A stretch of 64,000 nucleotides of DNA from Octopus bimaculoides (GCF_001194135.2 NC_068998.1:9018576-9082575), one strand, 5' to 3'. Positions 50,521-63,294 are shown, counted from the stretch's first letter. Notes: generated by a model from the sequence alone, not told the origin. Numbers and translations: made by a program.

Positions 50521-50761
50521 GATGTAAGAGTTGCTGGATTGGTCACAGTCGTGTGACAAGATTTCGTGATAATGGACGATGTGTGAAGAATGAATATATA
50601 GTGTGTGTGAGTGTGTGTGTGTCTATTTGGTAAGGAAAAGAAAGAAAGAAATGACCATCCCAAAATATAACAGTTTTGACTCCATTATACAAATAAATGT
50701 TTAAATGAAGTTAATGGTCTTTGTGTGTTTCCGGATGTGTCTTTCACACTGCAGTTATTTG

Positions 50762-50794
<33 letters not shown>

Positions 50795-51129
50795 GAAAGT
50801 GATAGATACATATATATAGATATATGCGTGTGTGTATACACACACAAAATGTGTTATGAGGGGTGTATGTTTTTGAACAATGAGAAATAAGGGTGGGTAT
50901 ATTATATAACATAAAACGTAAATTCCCGATCTCTTGAACATTATTCTACTTCCCTAAAGAGTAGAACAGTAACTTGGTAACAGTTTGGACCAGTTTTAAA
51001 GGAAAGGTGGGCCGATAATCTCAAGAATCAATAGTTTTTCAAACTTGATATACTTTTAAAAGAAAAAGACATTCTGATTGTGTGTGCGTGTGTGTGTATG
51101 TATGTATATATATGTGCGTGTATGGTAGG

Positions 51130-51262
51130 TGTACCCAGTTTCTGCCTACCAAATTCACTTAAAAAGCATTGTTTGGACTGGGGCTGCTAAAATAGTGCCA
51201 TGCAGTAGGGTTGAACTTGAAACTATATGGTAGCAAAATAAGCTTTGTAACCACACAGCCAT
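51130..51262 (-). mobile_element. SINE-1 5' half, diverged
   Basis: CAGTTTCTGCCTACCAAATTCAC...GTGCCATGCAGTAGGGTTGAAC...ACCACACAGCCA. Confidence 0.7.
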
Positions 51263-51269
51263 TGTGTGT

Positions 51270-51570
51270 GTTCTTTTATTCTTCTGTATGTTTCAGCTTT
51301 GAGGCTGCAGTCATGCTGGGGCACCGCCAGTGTAATCACCCTTTTAATTGGCAAATTCTATGGGATGGTGAAGGAGGGAGTTCAATACTGCTGCCCTCTT
51401 TTGAGTTTCCTGCCTTGACATCGGTTCATTTGGGATCTTCGATAGAAAGAAGTCGAGTTGTTTCTTGAAAACATCTACCCCCACTCCACGGAGATCCCTC
51501 AGATGTGTTTGGCTAGGTGTTAAATAGCTGTGGGCCCTTGAATCCCAACCTATTGCAGTACTTGGTCCTT
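51270..51570 (-). mobile_element. 3' end of CR1/L2-like LINE (ORF2 C-terminus plus 3' tail)
   Basis: RTKYCNRLGFKGPQLFN / HLRDLRGVGVDVFKKQLDFFLSKIPNEPMSRQETQKRAAVLNSLLH, then tail GGCGGTGCCCCAGCATGACTGCAGCCTCAAAGCTGAAACATACAGAAGAATAAAAGAA. Confidence 0.85.
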
Positions 51571-51586
51571 GCCTTAGGACTTTTGC

Positions 51587-51642
<56 letters not shown>

Positions 51643-52269
51643 CACACAGGTGAGCACATAAGTGCATAACAAGGTAGAAAAAATAGCACTTGGATGCCAT
51701 ATATGTATATATATATATATCTGACCCTTCATCCATCTCCTCTTTCTCCAATTTGTTCCCTGTCTTATTCCACTCTCTTTTATTTCCTGCAAAATTGCCT
51801 TCGAGGCATTCAAAGTGGTTTATTCTGATCACAATGACAACAGCAACAACAATAACAGTTTACAATTACAACAGCAAAATTAAAGGAGGACAGAATGTCT
51901 AACATACAGAATCAGGACAGCAACTGCAACAGCAACAACAACGAGTGCAAGAACAAGAACCAACATGCAACAAGCACTCCAAACCACCTTCTGGGGCCCA
52001 TTCCATTTAGTTTCAAAATCATGTACAGCTGACAATATAAAAGTCTTTCCTCAGAGCCATTTCATTGGTGCAGTGTCTTTCCATTCACCTGACCACCCAT
52101 CCATCCAAACCTACCTGGTTCTTTTATGGCTTAGCTTTAAACTGTCAACTGGCTTAATTGGTATTTTAGCACCCACTTTTTCCACCCCCATCCCTTTCCG
52201 CCATCTCTCCTTCCAACTCTCTCAACATGGATGGAGAAAGCTTGAGCAGTCATTCTGTTTTGAATGCCT

Positions 52270-52417
52270 TATCTACCTACCTGATCTTCTTACCTGCCTA
52301 CTTACCTGTCTATCTATCCTAGCTTTGTATTTGTCTATATCTATCTGATTATCAACCTATCCTTACCTACCTGTCTGTCTGTCTATCTATCTATCTATAT
52401 ATATATATATCTACCTG

Positions 52418-52449
<32 letters not shown>

Positions 52450-52520
52450 CCTGTCTGTCTATCTATCTATCCATCCATCCATCCATCCATCCATCCACCC
52501 ATCCATCCATCCATCTGCCT
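52270..52520. repeat. Compound tetranucleotide array (ACCT)/(TCTG)/(TCTA)/(TCCA)
   Basis: Direct inspection. Confidence 0.9.
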
Positions 52521-53204
52521 GCCTATTTATTGTGCTGTCACATGCCTCTACCTGGCCAGGTTATCTTGATTGCATTTTGTGTTTCCCATGTACCCGGCCA
52601 CTCACCATCATCACCATCATCATCCACATAGCACTGCTGCTTCTTTGATTGATTACTCTTCTTAATACATCTGGCTCTCTCTCTCTTTCTCTCTCTCCTC
52701 CACCTCCCACTCTCCCTATCCTCCACCCTTCTCTCTCTCTCCCTCCCTCCCTCCCTCCCTCTACTTTCAGTTTCTGCTTTATGCCTGTTTGTCTCTGCCT
52801 CTCATCTTTATCCCCTTGTGAACCAACATTGCAGCTACAACTGACCACTACCACTACCGCTGCTACTACTACTACTACTACTACTACTGTTACCCCATCA
52901 CAGCTACTGTGACCACAACCATCTCCACCACCATCACTGCCACCATCACCACTACCTCCACTAAAGCACCACCACTACCACCATCATCATCATCATGCTC
53001 ACCATTAACACCAAAACTAAATTGTTTGGAAGGAGTTAGTCTCCACCTTACATGCTGGCTTACTCAGTCACTCCTTCTGCTTTCTTTATCTACCACCATT
53101 ACCACCATCGTTCAGACAGTTTGCTGTTTCCACCATCATAACAACCATTTGCACGTAAAATCTTATATGGACCCCTAAGGGCCATATAAACCCTGGTTAG
53201 GGAC

Positions 53205-53405
53205 TAATGCTCTGTAGTTACTTGAACCATTAAAAATAGCAGCGAGATCTCCCTTAAATTACAACTTAATGTCTTAGAAACGGGCTCATTGGGTAATGTG
53301 GTCCTGGGTGCCTTGTGTATAGGAAAAAAGGTGGGATGGTCAAGGTTGGAGTATGTTTGATCATAGTTTTGCTTGATTAGGGCTGACTTGGGGGTTACAC
53401 AATGA
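53205..53405 (+). mobile_element. Unclassified interspersed repeat (family G), probably a SINE 3' part
   Basis: AAATAGCAGC..ATCTCCC..CATTGGGTAATGTGGTCCT..GGGATGGTCA..TTTGATCATAG..AGGGCTGACTTGGGG. Related pieces at about 2935-3000 (-), 18090-18170, 25075-25240, 30425-30462 (-) and 60520-60820. Confidence 0.65.
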
Positions 53406-54289
53406 CAGCGACCACAACTGCAACAACTCCTGATGTCATGATCCATGTCTGTGTCACCTCCAGCATGCCGCCATCACTGTCTTACAAGTGTTAACACCCC
53501 CGTCATCATCACCATCATCACCGTCTCCATAAAAGAAGCACTGTAAGCTGGAATATTCCATTAAGCTAAATGGGAGGTACAGCAATGAGGTCAGGCAGGC
53601 AGACGGTAGCATATACTTCTGAGTTGTAAAATTGATGTTTTTTTGTTGTTTTTAATCTCTGACAACTTCCCTTGCCAAATAAGAACAACAATAACAATAA
53701 CAATCATAACAGCAACAATAACAACAGCAGTTTCCAAACTGATTTCAATTGCCACAGCCTTCAAGCAACTTAACGAAAGATAATTAGGTAATCAATACAT
53801 GATAAACGATAGCAATTACCAGTGTATTTAACCACCTTCCCTATGAGAAGACACTGGCGACGCGACTAAGAGACAGGGTAGGAAGTTGCTCTTTTCCAGT
53901 CGTATCGAACAAAGAGCAATTTTCTAGGAGCAGGGGTGGGTGGCATTGTTCAACCAGACATTAAATATATATCTGTATGAACATTGTTGGCAGTCATTGT
54001 CTCCCTTCTGTGTCCCCGAACTAGGACATCTTTATTTTGGCTTTCATTGTCTTGGGTAATCTCTGTAAAAGTCTCTCTGTTCTTTCTACTGTCTTCTGTT
54101 TTCTACTATTTGTTTAACCTTTACCACACTGTAGGTGCATCATGTCACCGTATGAGTTTTCTCCCTTGTTGTGATAGAGCAGTGGCAAGGGAAACAGTTC
54201 CAGAGAAAATGCAGGGTGCTGAGGGTTAAGTAGCAATTTTATACATGGAAGCATATCTAGCCATGGGGCAGTTATAACCTTCTTTGGAA

Positions 54290-54412
54290 ATAGGTGTGGG
54301 TTGGTGACTGGAAGGGCATCCAGCTGTAGAAAATCTGCAAATCTGCTTTTTCAATGAATTGCATCTGACCATGCAGGCATACGAAAGTGAACTTTAAAAT
54401 GGTAAAACCACA
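54290..54412 (+). mobile_element. SINE-3-type 3' tail
   Basis: GGTTGGTGACTGGAAGGGCATCCAGCTGTAGAAAATCTGC..TCTGACCATGCAGGCAT. Confidence 0.75.
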
Positions 54413-54428
54413 CATACACGCACACAAT

Positions 54429-54586
54429 AAGCATCTTTCAGTTTCCATCTAGCAAATTTATTCGCATTATCTTCATCAACCCAGAGCTATAGGGAAAGAC
54501 ACTCGGAGAAGGTGCCACAGAATGGGATTGAACTTAGAACCATGTGGTCGGAAAGCAAACTTGATAAACCACGTAGCAATGCCTGA
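54429..54586 (-). mobile_element. SINE-1 5' half, diverged
   Basis: TCTTTCAGTTTCCATCTAGCAAA...AAGGTGCCAC...AGAACCATGTGG. Confidence 0.7.
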
Positions 54587-55185
54587 GTAATTATGCAGAG
54601 GCCTCACATTCTTGACTAAATGTTTGTTATGATATCAAGGAATATCTGCTTCAGTGGAATCCTCTGAAATTCTTCTATTCCCAGCAGCCTCTTCTGTTGT
54701 TTTAACTCTTTACCCTTCAGTTACATTATTAGATTACAAACGGTGAAATCCCATGGCATGGCTATTGTAGTTTGGTGAATTTCCCGATATCAAATAACCG
54801 GTATGTAGAACGCTTTCAAGATGAACAGACTCGCTCACTGACCAAGTGGATGTAAAACTGTGATTTGCCGATTTCGTATATAAGGCGTTGTTTAATAAAT
54901 AAAGTTGCTCTTATTTATTAAGCAATTCTTTCCATCTTATTATTTTAAAATCTGCTGGTTTAGGAGATAGCGGACTTGCTGCCACCACCACCACTGCAGC
55001 TGCTGCTGCCGCTGTCCCTTTTGCTTAATTATGGTTGTGCTTTTTACCTGGTGTCTTTACCTTGTTTTGGTTGAAATACACTGCCTTTGTTCCAATTAAT
55101 TTCGAATATAATGAAGAACCTAATGAAATAACTTTTTCATTCATTATTATGATGGCATTTGGAACGTAAATTAGAGTGAAATTTT

Positions 55186-55538
55186 GCACCGCTTTGAAGG
55201 GTTTTAGTTGAACAAATCGACCCCAGGCATAATTTTCTGTAAGCCTTAGTACTTATTCTATCGGTTGTCAAGGGATGGTGAGGGACAAATACAGACAGAC
55301 CCCTCCCCACTACACACACACATACATATGTTCCCATCTGCCAAGTGGACTTTGTTGATTGAAACGGAAAGAAACCCATTGTATATATATGTATACACAC
55401 ACACACACAGTGGGCTTCTTCCAGTTTCAATCGACAAAGTCCACTCACAAGGCTTTGGTCAGCCCGAGGCTACAGTAGAAGATACTTGCCCAAGGTACCA
55501 TGCAGTAGGACTGAGCTGGGAACCATGTGGCTGGAAAG

Positions 55539-55539
<1 letters not shown>
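55186..55539 (-). mobile_element. SINE-1 with internal deletion and internal inverted duplication
   Basis: GCACCGCTTTGAAGGGTTTTAG...AGTACTTATTCTATCGG...GGCTTCTTCCAGTTTC...GGAACCATGTGG. Confidence 0.8.
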
Positions 55540-55612
<73 letters not shown>

Positions 55613-55649
55613 AAAGATAGAAATAGTTCCATGTGTGCATGGGTTTGTG

Positions 55650-55840
55650 TCCAGACATCATGTGATGGTTATAACATCATCAACTTACTAGCAAGGTTGC
55701 CTGTTTCCAGTCTTCCGTGGAAACCGACGAGAGTTGGTGACAGGAAGGGCATCCAATCGTTTAAAAGCTGCCTCCACAAATTCTATCTGACCCATGCAAG
55801 CATGGAAAAGTGTACATTAAATGATGATGACAATGATGAT
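55650..55840 (+). mobile_element. SINE-3-type 3' tail
   Basis: GTTGGTGACAGGAAGGGCATCC..TCTGACCCATGCAAGCATGGAAAAGTGTACATTAAATGATGATG. Confidence 0.8.
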
Positions 55841-56284
55841 TTTGGGTCAGGGTGATTGGGATGATAAACTGATAAACAAGGTGAAACATAGAAAAAAAAT
55901 ATATAAAACAGGTGAAAGATAAAAGACACTGCTCTGAAGCTAATCAACAAAGCTGGACCCAGCCGTCTTCAAACTACATATATGCACGGTAAGGACTGAA
56001 CTTGTGTACTGCAAACGAACCACTTAGGAACTTTGCAGTGTTGATGCTTGTGCTGAAAGTGGCATCCGATTCTGTCTAGTCTGTCGTACCTATTTACAGA
56101 CAGATGGACTGAGGCATTTGAAATCTCTCCATATATGGATTGTTTTTGTACCTGCAGGTACATGTCTGTGTTATAAACAATTCGTGTTTGTATTTGTCCG
56201 TGTGTTGTATGTCAAAGCTGTACGCAGTTTATTGCAACATATAGCAAATGGAAAGACATGTTTCTCTCTTTATCTTCCTCTCTC

Positions 56285-56324
<40 letters not shown>

Positions 56325-56869
56325 CCTTATAGCACCACCACCACCTTATCCATCTGCACATTCACCTCCACTACAACCACAACCTCCTCTACCACAGCAA
56401 CCACCCTAGCCGCCTGCACATTCACCTCCATCATAACCACCTCCACCACCACATCCACCTCCACCACCACACCTTCCTGCACATTCCCCCTCCAGCAACA
56501 TAGCCACCTCCAACACACCCATCTCTACCACCATGTCTACCCCTGCACCACCTCCACCATCAACACCACCATTAAGTCCACCACTGTCACCAGCAGCGCC
56601 ACCAGCACCACCACCACCTCATTGATTTCTTAGTCCTTGATTATTTGACAACCTTTTGACGCTCTCCTTTCTTTTGGAAGCACTTAACTTCATCATTACC
56701 GTCAAAGCAGCCGTCGTCATCGTTGTCGTCGTCGTCACCGTCAATTGGTATAGGTGTTAAATCAGACCCCCACAAGTAGCCAGAATAGATTGGATACTAC
56801 TGGTCAATAATGTCCTTGAAGCTACATTTCATTGGCCATCTGAAGAAACCAGGCTAAGTCTTTACTATC

Positions 56870-57601
56870 ATCTCTCTTTCTCCTTTGCCTTCTTTCCATC
56901 TCTCTCTCTCTCTCCCTTTCCTTCTCTCTCCCTCCTCACTCTCTTTTACTTTCTCTCTTTGTTATTTTCTCTCTCTCTATTCTCATCCTCTTTTCATATT
57001 CTCTTTCTCCCAATGTCTCTCTTTCACTTTTTCCTTATTTCTGTCTTTCTCTCTCTGTTTTTCCCTCCTTATTTTTCAGTCTTTCTCTCTCTACCTCTCT
57101 TTCTCTCTCTCTCTCCTTATTTCCTGTCTCTCTCTCTCTCTCTTTCTCTCTCTTTATTTCTATATCTTTCTCCTTATTTCTCCATCTTTCTCTCTATCTC
57201 TCTCTCTATTTCTCTATCTCTCTTTCTATTTCTCTATCTCTCTCTCTATTTCTCTATCTCTTTCTATTTCTCTATCTTTCTTTCTATTTCTCTATCTCTC
57301 TCTCTATTTCTCTATCTCTCTTTCTATTTCTCTATCTTTCTCTCTATTTCTCTATCTCTCCTTATTTCTCTGTCTTTGTTCACTCTATCTCTCCCTCCCT
57401 CTCTCTCTCCTTATTTCTGTCTTTGTTCACTCTATCTCTCCCTCTCTCCGTCTTTATTTTTGTCTTTCTCTCTCTCCTTATTTCTCTGTCTTTGTTCACT
57501 CTATCCCTCTCTCCCTCCTTATTTTCTGTCTCTTCTTGGATATCATCTTCTTTCCTTCTCTCTTGTCCCACCCCTCCCCTTTAACATTCTCTCTCTCTTT
57601 G

Positions 57602-57639
<38 letters not shown>

Positions 57640-57720
57640 CCTCTTTCTCTCTGTGCTTTCATCTCTTATTCTATTATATTCTCTCTTTCCATTTTCCAGC
57701 CACCCTGTTTCTTTTTCACA
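56870..57720. repeat. Long polypyrimidine (CT-rich) array with TCTCTATTTCTCTATC-type subunits
   Basis: About 850 nt almost devoid of G on the + strand; TCTGTCTTTGTTCACTCTATC occurs three times. Confidence 0.9.
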
Positions 57721-57821
57721 CGCACACACACGCACACACACAAGCGTATAATCATAGACACACACTGCTACAGTATTGGTATCTCCCCCCCCCACACACA
57801 CACACGCTCATATATTCTCTA

Positions 57822-57867
57822 ATTCTTTTACTTGTTTCAGTCATTTGACACTGACCATGCTGGAGCA
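57822..57867 (-). mobile_element. SINE-1 extreme 3' tail
   Basis: TTCTTTTACTTGTTTCAGTCATTTGAC..CCATGCTGGAGCA. Confidence 0.8.
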
Positions 57868-58134
57868 TATATATATGTATATATATATACATACACACAC
57901 ACACACTTATAGCTCTGCGTTGCACACACAAACGTACAAATATGGACAAGCTCATGACCAAACACACACACACACATACAAAACTTAGCCTTTTGCATTC
58001 CATCCTAATCCTCTCTTTATCTCTCTTTCTCTCTCTCTTCCCGCTACCTCCTCTTTACCTTGTTAACCCTCCCCTCTCTAGACATATCTCTCCCTCTCTT
58101 CCTCTTTGTTTCTCTCTCTCTCTATCTCTTTCTA

Positions 58135-58165
<31 letters not shown>

Positions 58166-59934
58166 GTCTCTCACGCCCATGTTCCCTGTCACACATAGAA
58201 ACACAACTGCACAGACAAACATTCACACATACAGATGCACACACACCCTTATGCAGTCTTATGTACACAAACACACACTCATGCAGTCCTAAACACACAC
58301 ACGCACACACACACACACACATGCACACCCATATTCCCCGTCACACACACAGACACAATCGCAGACAAACACTCACACATACACACACTCACACAGTCCT
58401 ACACACACACACACACACACTCGCACAATTCTTTACCCTGATGTTGCTGTAATTTCTAATAAATTTCCTTGACATTTTTCCAGCTTTGTGCACTTTAAAT
58501 TTCATTGTGCCATGGTCTGTGTTTACCCAGTGACGTTCTCCCCTATTCACAGGTGCACACGGTAGCGCCGTCTACACCCGCGCACACCCCTCACACTGCA
58601 GATACACAGCGATTGCCGATATGGATATTGCAAAAAAAAAGAAAGAGAAAGAGAAAAGAAAAATGTTTGTTATTAAGGCTTTACTCAGAGGAACAGATTT
58701 AATATTCTTTAACAGCTCTGAGTAAACAGAACAAAGCTATCAAGAAATTTCGACAAGAAAACACAATATATGTGTGTGTGTGTGTGTGTAATTATATATA
58801 TATATATGTACACACGCATGCAAGCATATATAGATATATAGATAAATGTCTGTGTGTATACCTGTTTGTGTGCATATTTACATATATATATATATATACA
58901 CATACACACACATGTATATACATACATAGATATATAGAGTGGTCTCTGTGTGTTTATATATGTATGTATTTGTGTGTAATGTCTGCATGCATACATACAC
59001 AATTACATAAACATGTCTATACCTGTCTGTGTATGTATTTGTGTATAATGTGTGCATATAGACACGTGTGTGTGTATGTATGTATATATATAGNNNNNNN
59101 NNNNNNNNNNNNNNNNNNNNNNNNNNNNNNNNNNNNNNNNNNNNNNNNNNNNNNNNNNNNNNNNNNNNNNNNNNNNNNNNNNNNNNNNNNNNNNNNNNNN
59201 NNNNNNNNNNNNNNNNNNNNNNNNNNNNNNNNNNNNNNNNNNNNNNNNNNNNNNNNNNNNNNNNNNNNNNNNNNNNNNNNNNNNNNNNNNNNNNNNNNNN
59301 NNNNNNNNNNNNNNNNNNNNNNNNNNNNNNNNNNNNNNNNNNNNNNNNNNNNNNNNNNNNNNNNNNNNNNNNNNNNNNNNNNNNNNNNNNNNNNNNNNNN
59401 NNNNNNNNNNNNNNNNNNNNNNNNNNNNNNNNNNNNNNNNNNNNNNNNNNNNNNNNNNNNNNNNNNNNNNNNNNNNNNNNNNNNNNNNNNNNNNNNNNNN
59501 NNNNNNNNNNNNNNNNNNNNNNNNNNNNNNNNNNNNNNNNNNNNNNNNNNNNNNNNNNNNNNNNNNNNNNNNNNNNNNNNNNNNNNNNNNNNNNNNNNNN
59601 NNNNNNNNNNNNNNNNNNNNNNNNNNNNNNNNNNNNNNNNNNNNNNNNNNNNNNNNNNNNNNNNNNNNNNNNNNNNNNNNNNNNNNNNNNNNNNNNNNNN
59701 NNNNNNNNNNNNNNNNNNNNNNNNNNNNNNNNNNNNNNNNNNNNNNNNNNNNNNNNNNNNNNNNNNNNNNNNNNNNNNNNNNNNNNNNNNNNNNNNNNNN
59801 NNNNNNNNNNNNNNNNNNNNNNNNNNNNNNNNNNNNNNNNNNNNNNNNNNNNNNNNNNNNNNNNNNNNNNNNNNNNNNNNNNNNNNNNNNNNNNNNNNNN
59901 NNNNNNNNNNNNNNNNNNNNNNNNNNNNNNNNNN

Positions 59935-59992
<58 letters not shown>

Positions 59993-60519
59993 TATATGGA
60001 CACTCATATATACATATATATACACACATATACATATACATGATATATATATATATATATATGGTGTATGTGTATACACACACACATACTTGTATTGGTG
60101 TGTGTATATAACCCATCTGTCTGAAACACAAACGAACCAGATGAAACACTACAATCTCCAACAAAGCACCATTGCTGTTACGAAAGCAATAAAAGAATTC
60201 TAAGGAGAGCAATTTGCACAGAATGTACCACGCACGTCGTCATCATTGCTGTCGTCCTCGTGGCCATCGTCGTCATCATCACCATTTCCATGAGCGACAA
60301 GCTAGAATTAGTTACTTTTAAATCCTGAACGCTACAGAATAATAGCGACTCAAGCACCATCAAAAGTGGCACGGACTCGTGTCTCTTTCTACGGTCTACC
60401 TTAAATCTCTCGCAGTCAAAACACGCGTAAACAATACAGTGACCGACATGGATATCACATTTAAAATTACATGAACGTCAGTTTGGCCAGGCTGCCGAGA
60501 GAGAGTGAGAGAATCTGTG

Positions 60520-60820
60520 TGGTACTTAGTCTTGCTAGAAATAGCAGTCGAATCTCTCTCTTCCTCTCTCTAATCACACTCTGCTGTTGCGAAAGAAGGA
60601 CACATTCGTAGTTGTTGGTACACTATATCTGAAGCATAAACTGACTAATGTAGTCCTAGATACATTATGACTGAGTTACATTATGGGTGATGTAATCCTA
60701 GATGCACTTAGTCTGAAGGATATCAGCTCATGTAACTTCATTTTGTGTGAAGGACACATTGGATAATGTAGTCCTAGATACATTTAGGCAGAAATATACA
60801 TTAGATAATGTAACTTCACA
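60520..60820 (+). mobile_element. Family G copy with internal tandem amplification
   Basis: GCTAGAAATAGCAG head, then several degenerate units of GACACATTGGATAATGTAGTCCTAGATAC. Confidence 0.6.
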
Positions 60821-60839
60821 ATGGGTTTTTTTTGTTTTT

Positions 60840-61206
60840 TTTACTTGTTTCAGTCATTTGACTGCAGCCATGCTGGAGCACTGCCTTTAATCAAACAAAA
60901 TCTCCCCCAGGACTTATTCTTTGTACGCCTAGTTTTTATTCTATCGGTTTCTTTTGCTGAACCGCTAGGTTACAGGGACGTAAACACACCAACATCGGTT
61001 GTCAAGCAATGATGGAAGGGGACGGGGACACACACACACATATATACGATGGGCTTCTTTCAGTTTCTGTCTACCAAATCCACTCACAAGGCTTTGGTTA
61101 GCCCGAGGCTATAGTAGAAGACATTTGCCCAAGGTTCCATGCAGTAGTAGGACTGAACCCAGAACCATGTTGCTGGTAAGCAAGCTTCTTACCACACAGC
61201 CACTCC
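60840..61206 (-). mobile_element. SINE-1, full length (tRNA-like head, CORE-like body, internal CA/TA microsatellite, LINE-like tail)
   Basis: Minus strand: A-box-like TGGCTGTGTGG, B-box-like GGTTCAGTCC, then CCTTGGGCAAATGTCTTCT...GAAACTGAAAGAAGCCC, and tail GTGCTCCAGCATGGCTGCAGTCAAATGACTGAAACAAGTAAAA. Many copies in the window. Confidence 0.9.
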
Positions 61207-61499
61207 CGGGCCTGTTGTTGTGATATTTGTTTGGTTCTTTCTGTTTAATTAGAAGAAATTGTTGTTAAAAGTACATTGAAACTCTTATGATAAAATAGAT
61301 ATCATTTTTCATGAAATATGTTTGTGGTGGTGGTAGGCGTGGGGAGCAGAGGTTTGAAGTGGGAAGAGTGTATTTCTGTGTGTGAATATGCTTCTGTATG
61401 TGTATACATGTGTGTGTATACCTCTATAGTTTTTGAGAAGGCCATTAGAATAAAAATAGATTTATAAGGTATCAGGTTTTGTGTAAACCAGTGTGTGTG

Positions 61500-61563
<64 letters not shown>

Positions 61564-61709
61564 TANNNNNNNNNNNNNNNNNNNNNNNNNNNNNNNNNNN
61601 NNNNNNNNNNNNNNNNNNNNNNNNNNNNNNNNNNNNNNNNNNNNNNNNNNNNNNNNNNNNNNNNNNNNNNNNNNNNNNNNNNNNNNNNNNNNNNNNNNNN
61701 NNNNNNNNN

Positions 61710-61750
<41 letters not shown>

Positions 61751-62429
61751 CATATACACATACATTCGTGGTATTCGTTTGTGAAACACAATAGTGATAA
61801 ATTCGGGGCGAATCTTCGGGGACAAGAGAAGTTGCTGCTGCTTGCTTATAATTGAAAATTTTCTTCTGAAGCTTACAATAATGTACTGTTATACTAATAA
61901 GATTCTTATTAATAAATATATACAATTACCACCATCTACTACTACTAGAATATTTGCTCCTACTATTATTACTACTGCTACTACTACTACTACTACTACT
62001 ACTAATAATAATAATAATAGTAATAGTAATAATAATAATAATGATTCATTGTTTTATTGGCCACAAGGGCTAACAAAAGCAATATGAAATGACAAAACCA
62101 GTCAATACAAAGGGTTTTAGAAGGTGTAAATGAAATAACAAAGAAGTTGCTGTTTTGAAGATGGTGTTTGGAACTAAAATTAACCTGAAATTTTGGTGGA
62201 AGGTTTCTGTTTCAGCTGCTTTAAAACAGAAAGTGTGTATAGAACAAGGAAACGGTCTCAGGTGGAATGGAATCAAAGGAGTTAGTTAATACAGTGTCTG
62301 TGGNNNNNNNNNNNNNNNNNNNNNGGGGGGGGGTTGTCTGGCTTAGTCACACTTATCCACACACGGACACAACATATGCATAACTCCCTCTCGTTTGCAT
62401 ACATAGGACCATCCACACACACACACAGA

Positions 62430-62700
62430 GCCATCCTCGCACACCCCTTCGGTCTCTTTGACACAGTGGAATTTCCATTGCCAATTTGGGAATTTAGCAG
62501 TCAGCTGTTGTGTGTTCCTTCCTGCAAGTTGAAAAGGATTCAGAGATTTGTTTGATACACAAGCTGTTTTTGGATAACCGTTTAAATAGGCCCCAAGGGA
62601 ATACCCCCAGGCCTCTAGTGTAGCATTCATTTCAGCAGGATAATTATCATTTTTTAGTTCAGTACAATATGATCTGGAAATTAATCCCCCCTCCTGCCCC
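62430..62700 (+). mobile_element. Highly decayed CR1/L2-like LINE ORF2 C-terminal remnant
   Basis: Peptide pieces WEFSSQLL..KLKRIQRF and NRL..HSFQQ..MIWKLI resemble the LINE pattern LEYCSQLW..LE.IQR.FT..YWERL..LYSL.RRRERY..IWKI. Recognised by eye only. Confidence 0.45.
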
Positions 62701-63105
62701 AAATGCCCATTTGGTACTTAAAAAAATCAGAAACCTACTTTATTCTCTCATCACAGTACCCCACACTGGGTCTATTTCCTGGACCAGGAGACATGGAACT
62801 TCAATTGACATTACTGTAGTTTACTCAGCTGTAATTAGTATCTGATTGCTGGCACAGCGCTCTTTCTCTCTCTCTCTCTCTTTCTAGGTGTCACATCCTC
62901 AGTGTTCTGCTATAAAATGAATAGATTTCCTCTGAAATAGAGAAATTATGAGTATGTTTTATCTCTCTGCTTTTCTAAGCTTTAGAATAGATTTACTTCA
63001 ATTCAATAACAGAAACTAATTTATAAATTGGATGACTTATGCAACCTACACATAGTTTCAACTGCAAATGATAATAGGCAACAGGTTAATATACATAGAT
63101 ACATG

Positions 63106-63175
<70 letters not shown>

Positions 63176-63294
63176 ATATATGTATATATATATACACACA
63201 CATGCATATATACATACATATATATAAATACATACACACACATATACACATGCATGTACACGCACGCATATATATGCATATTTATGTGTATGTT

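Noticed and set aside
55969-56163. RLDRIG motif reminiscent of natriuretic peptides in a 64-aa ORF
   Set aside because: Lacks the CFG...GLGC ring, signal peptide and cleavage sites.
56250-56270. Minus-strand GAAACATGTC, a hammerhead-like palindromic stem III with GUC
   Set aside because: No CUGANGA or stem II upstream, only (GA)n. Other CTGANGA hits (20347, 33047, 35851, 49410, 50218) also lack a paired stem II plus GAAA.
62343-62702. 119-aa minus-strand ORF with protein-like composition (NDNYPAEMNATLEAWGYSLGAYLNGYPK...FPNWQWKFHC)
   Set aside because: No family recognised and only a weak donor. The opposite strand resembles decayed LINE ORF2, so it is probably an antisense shadow ORF. A tBLASTn or HMMER search would settle it.
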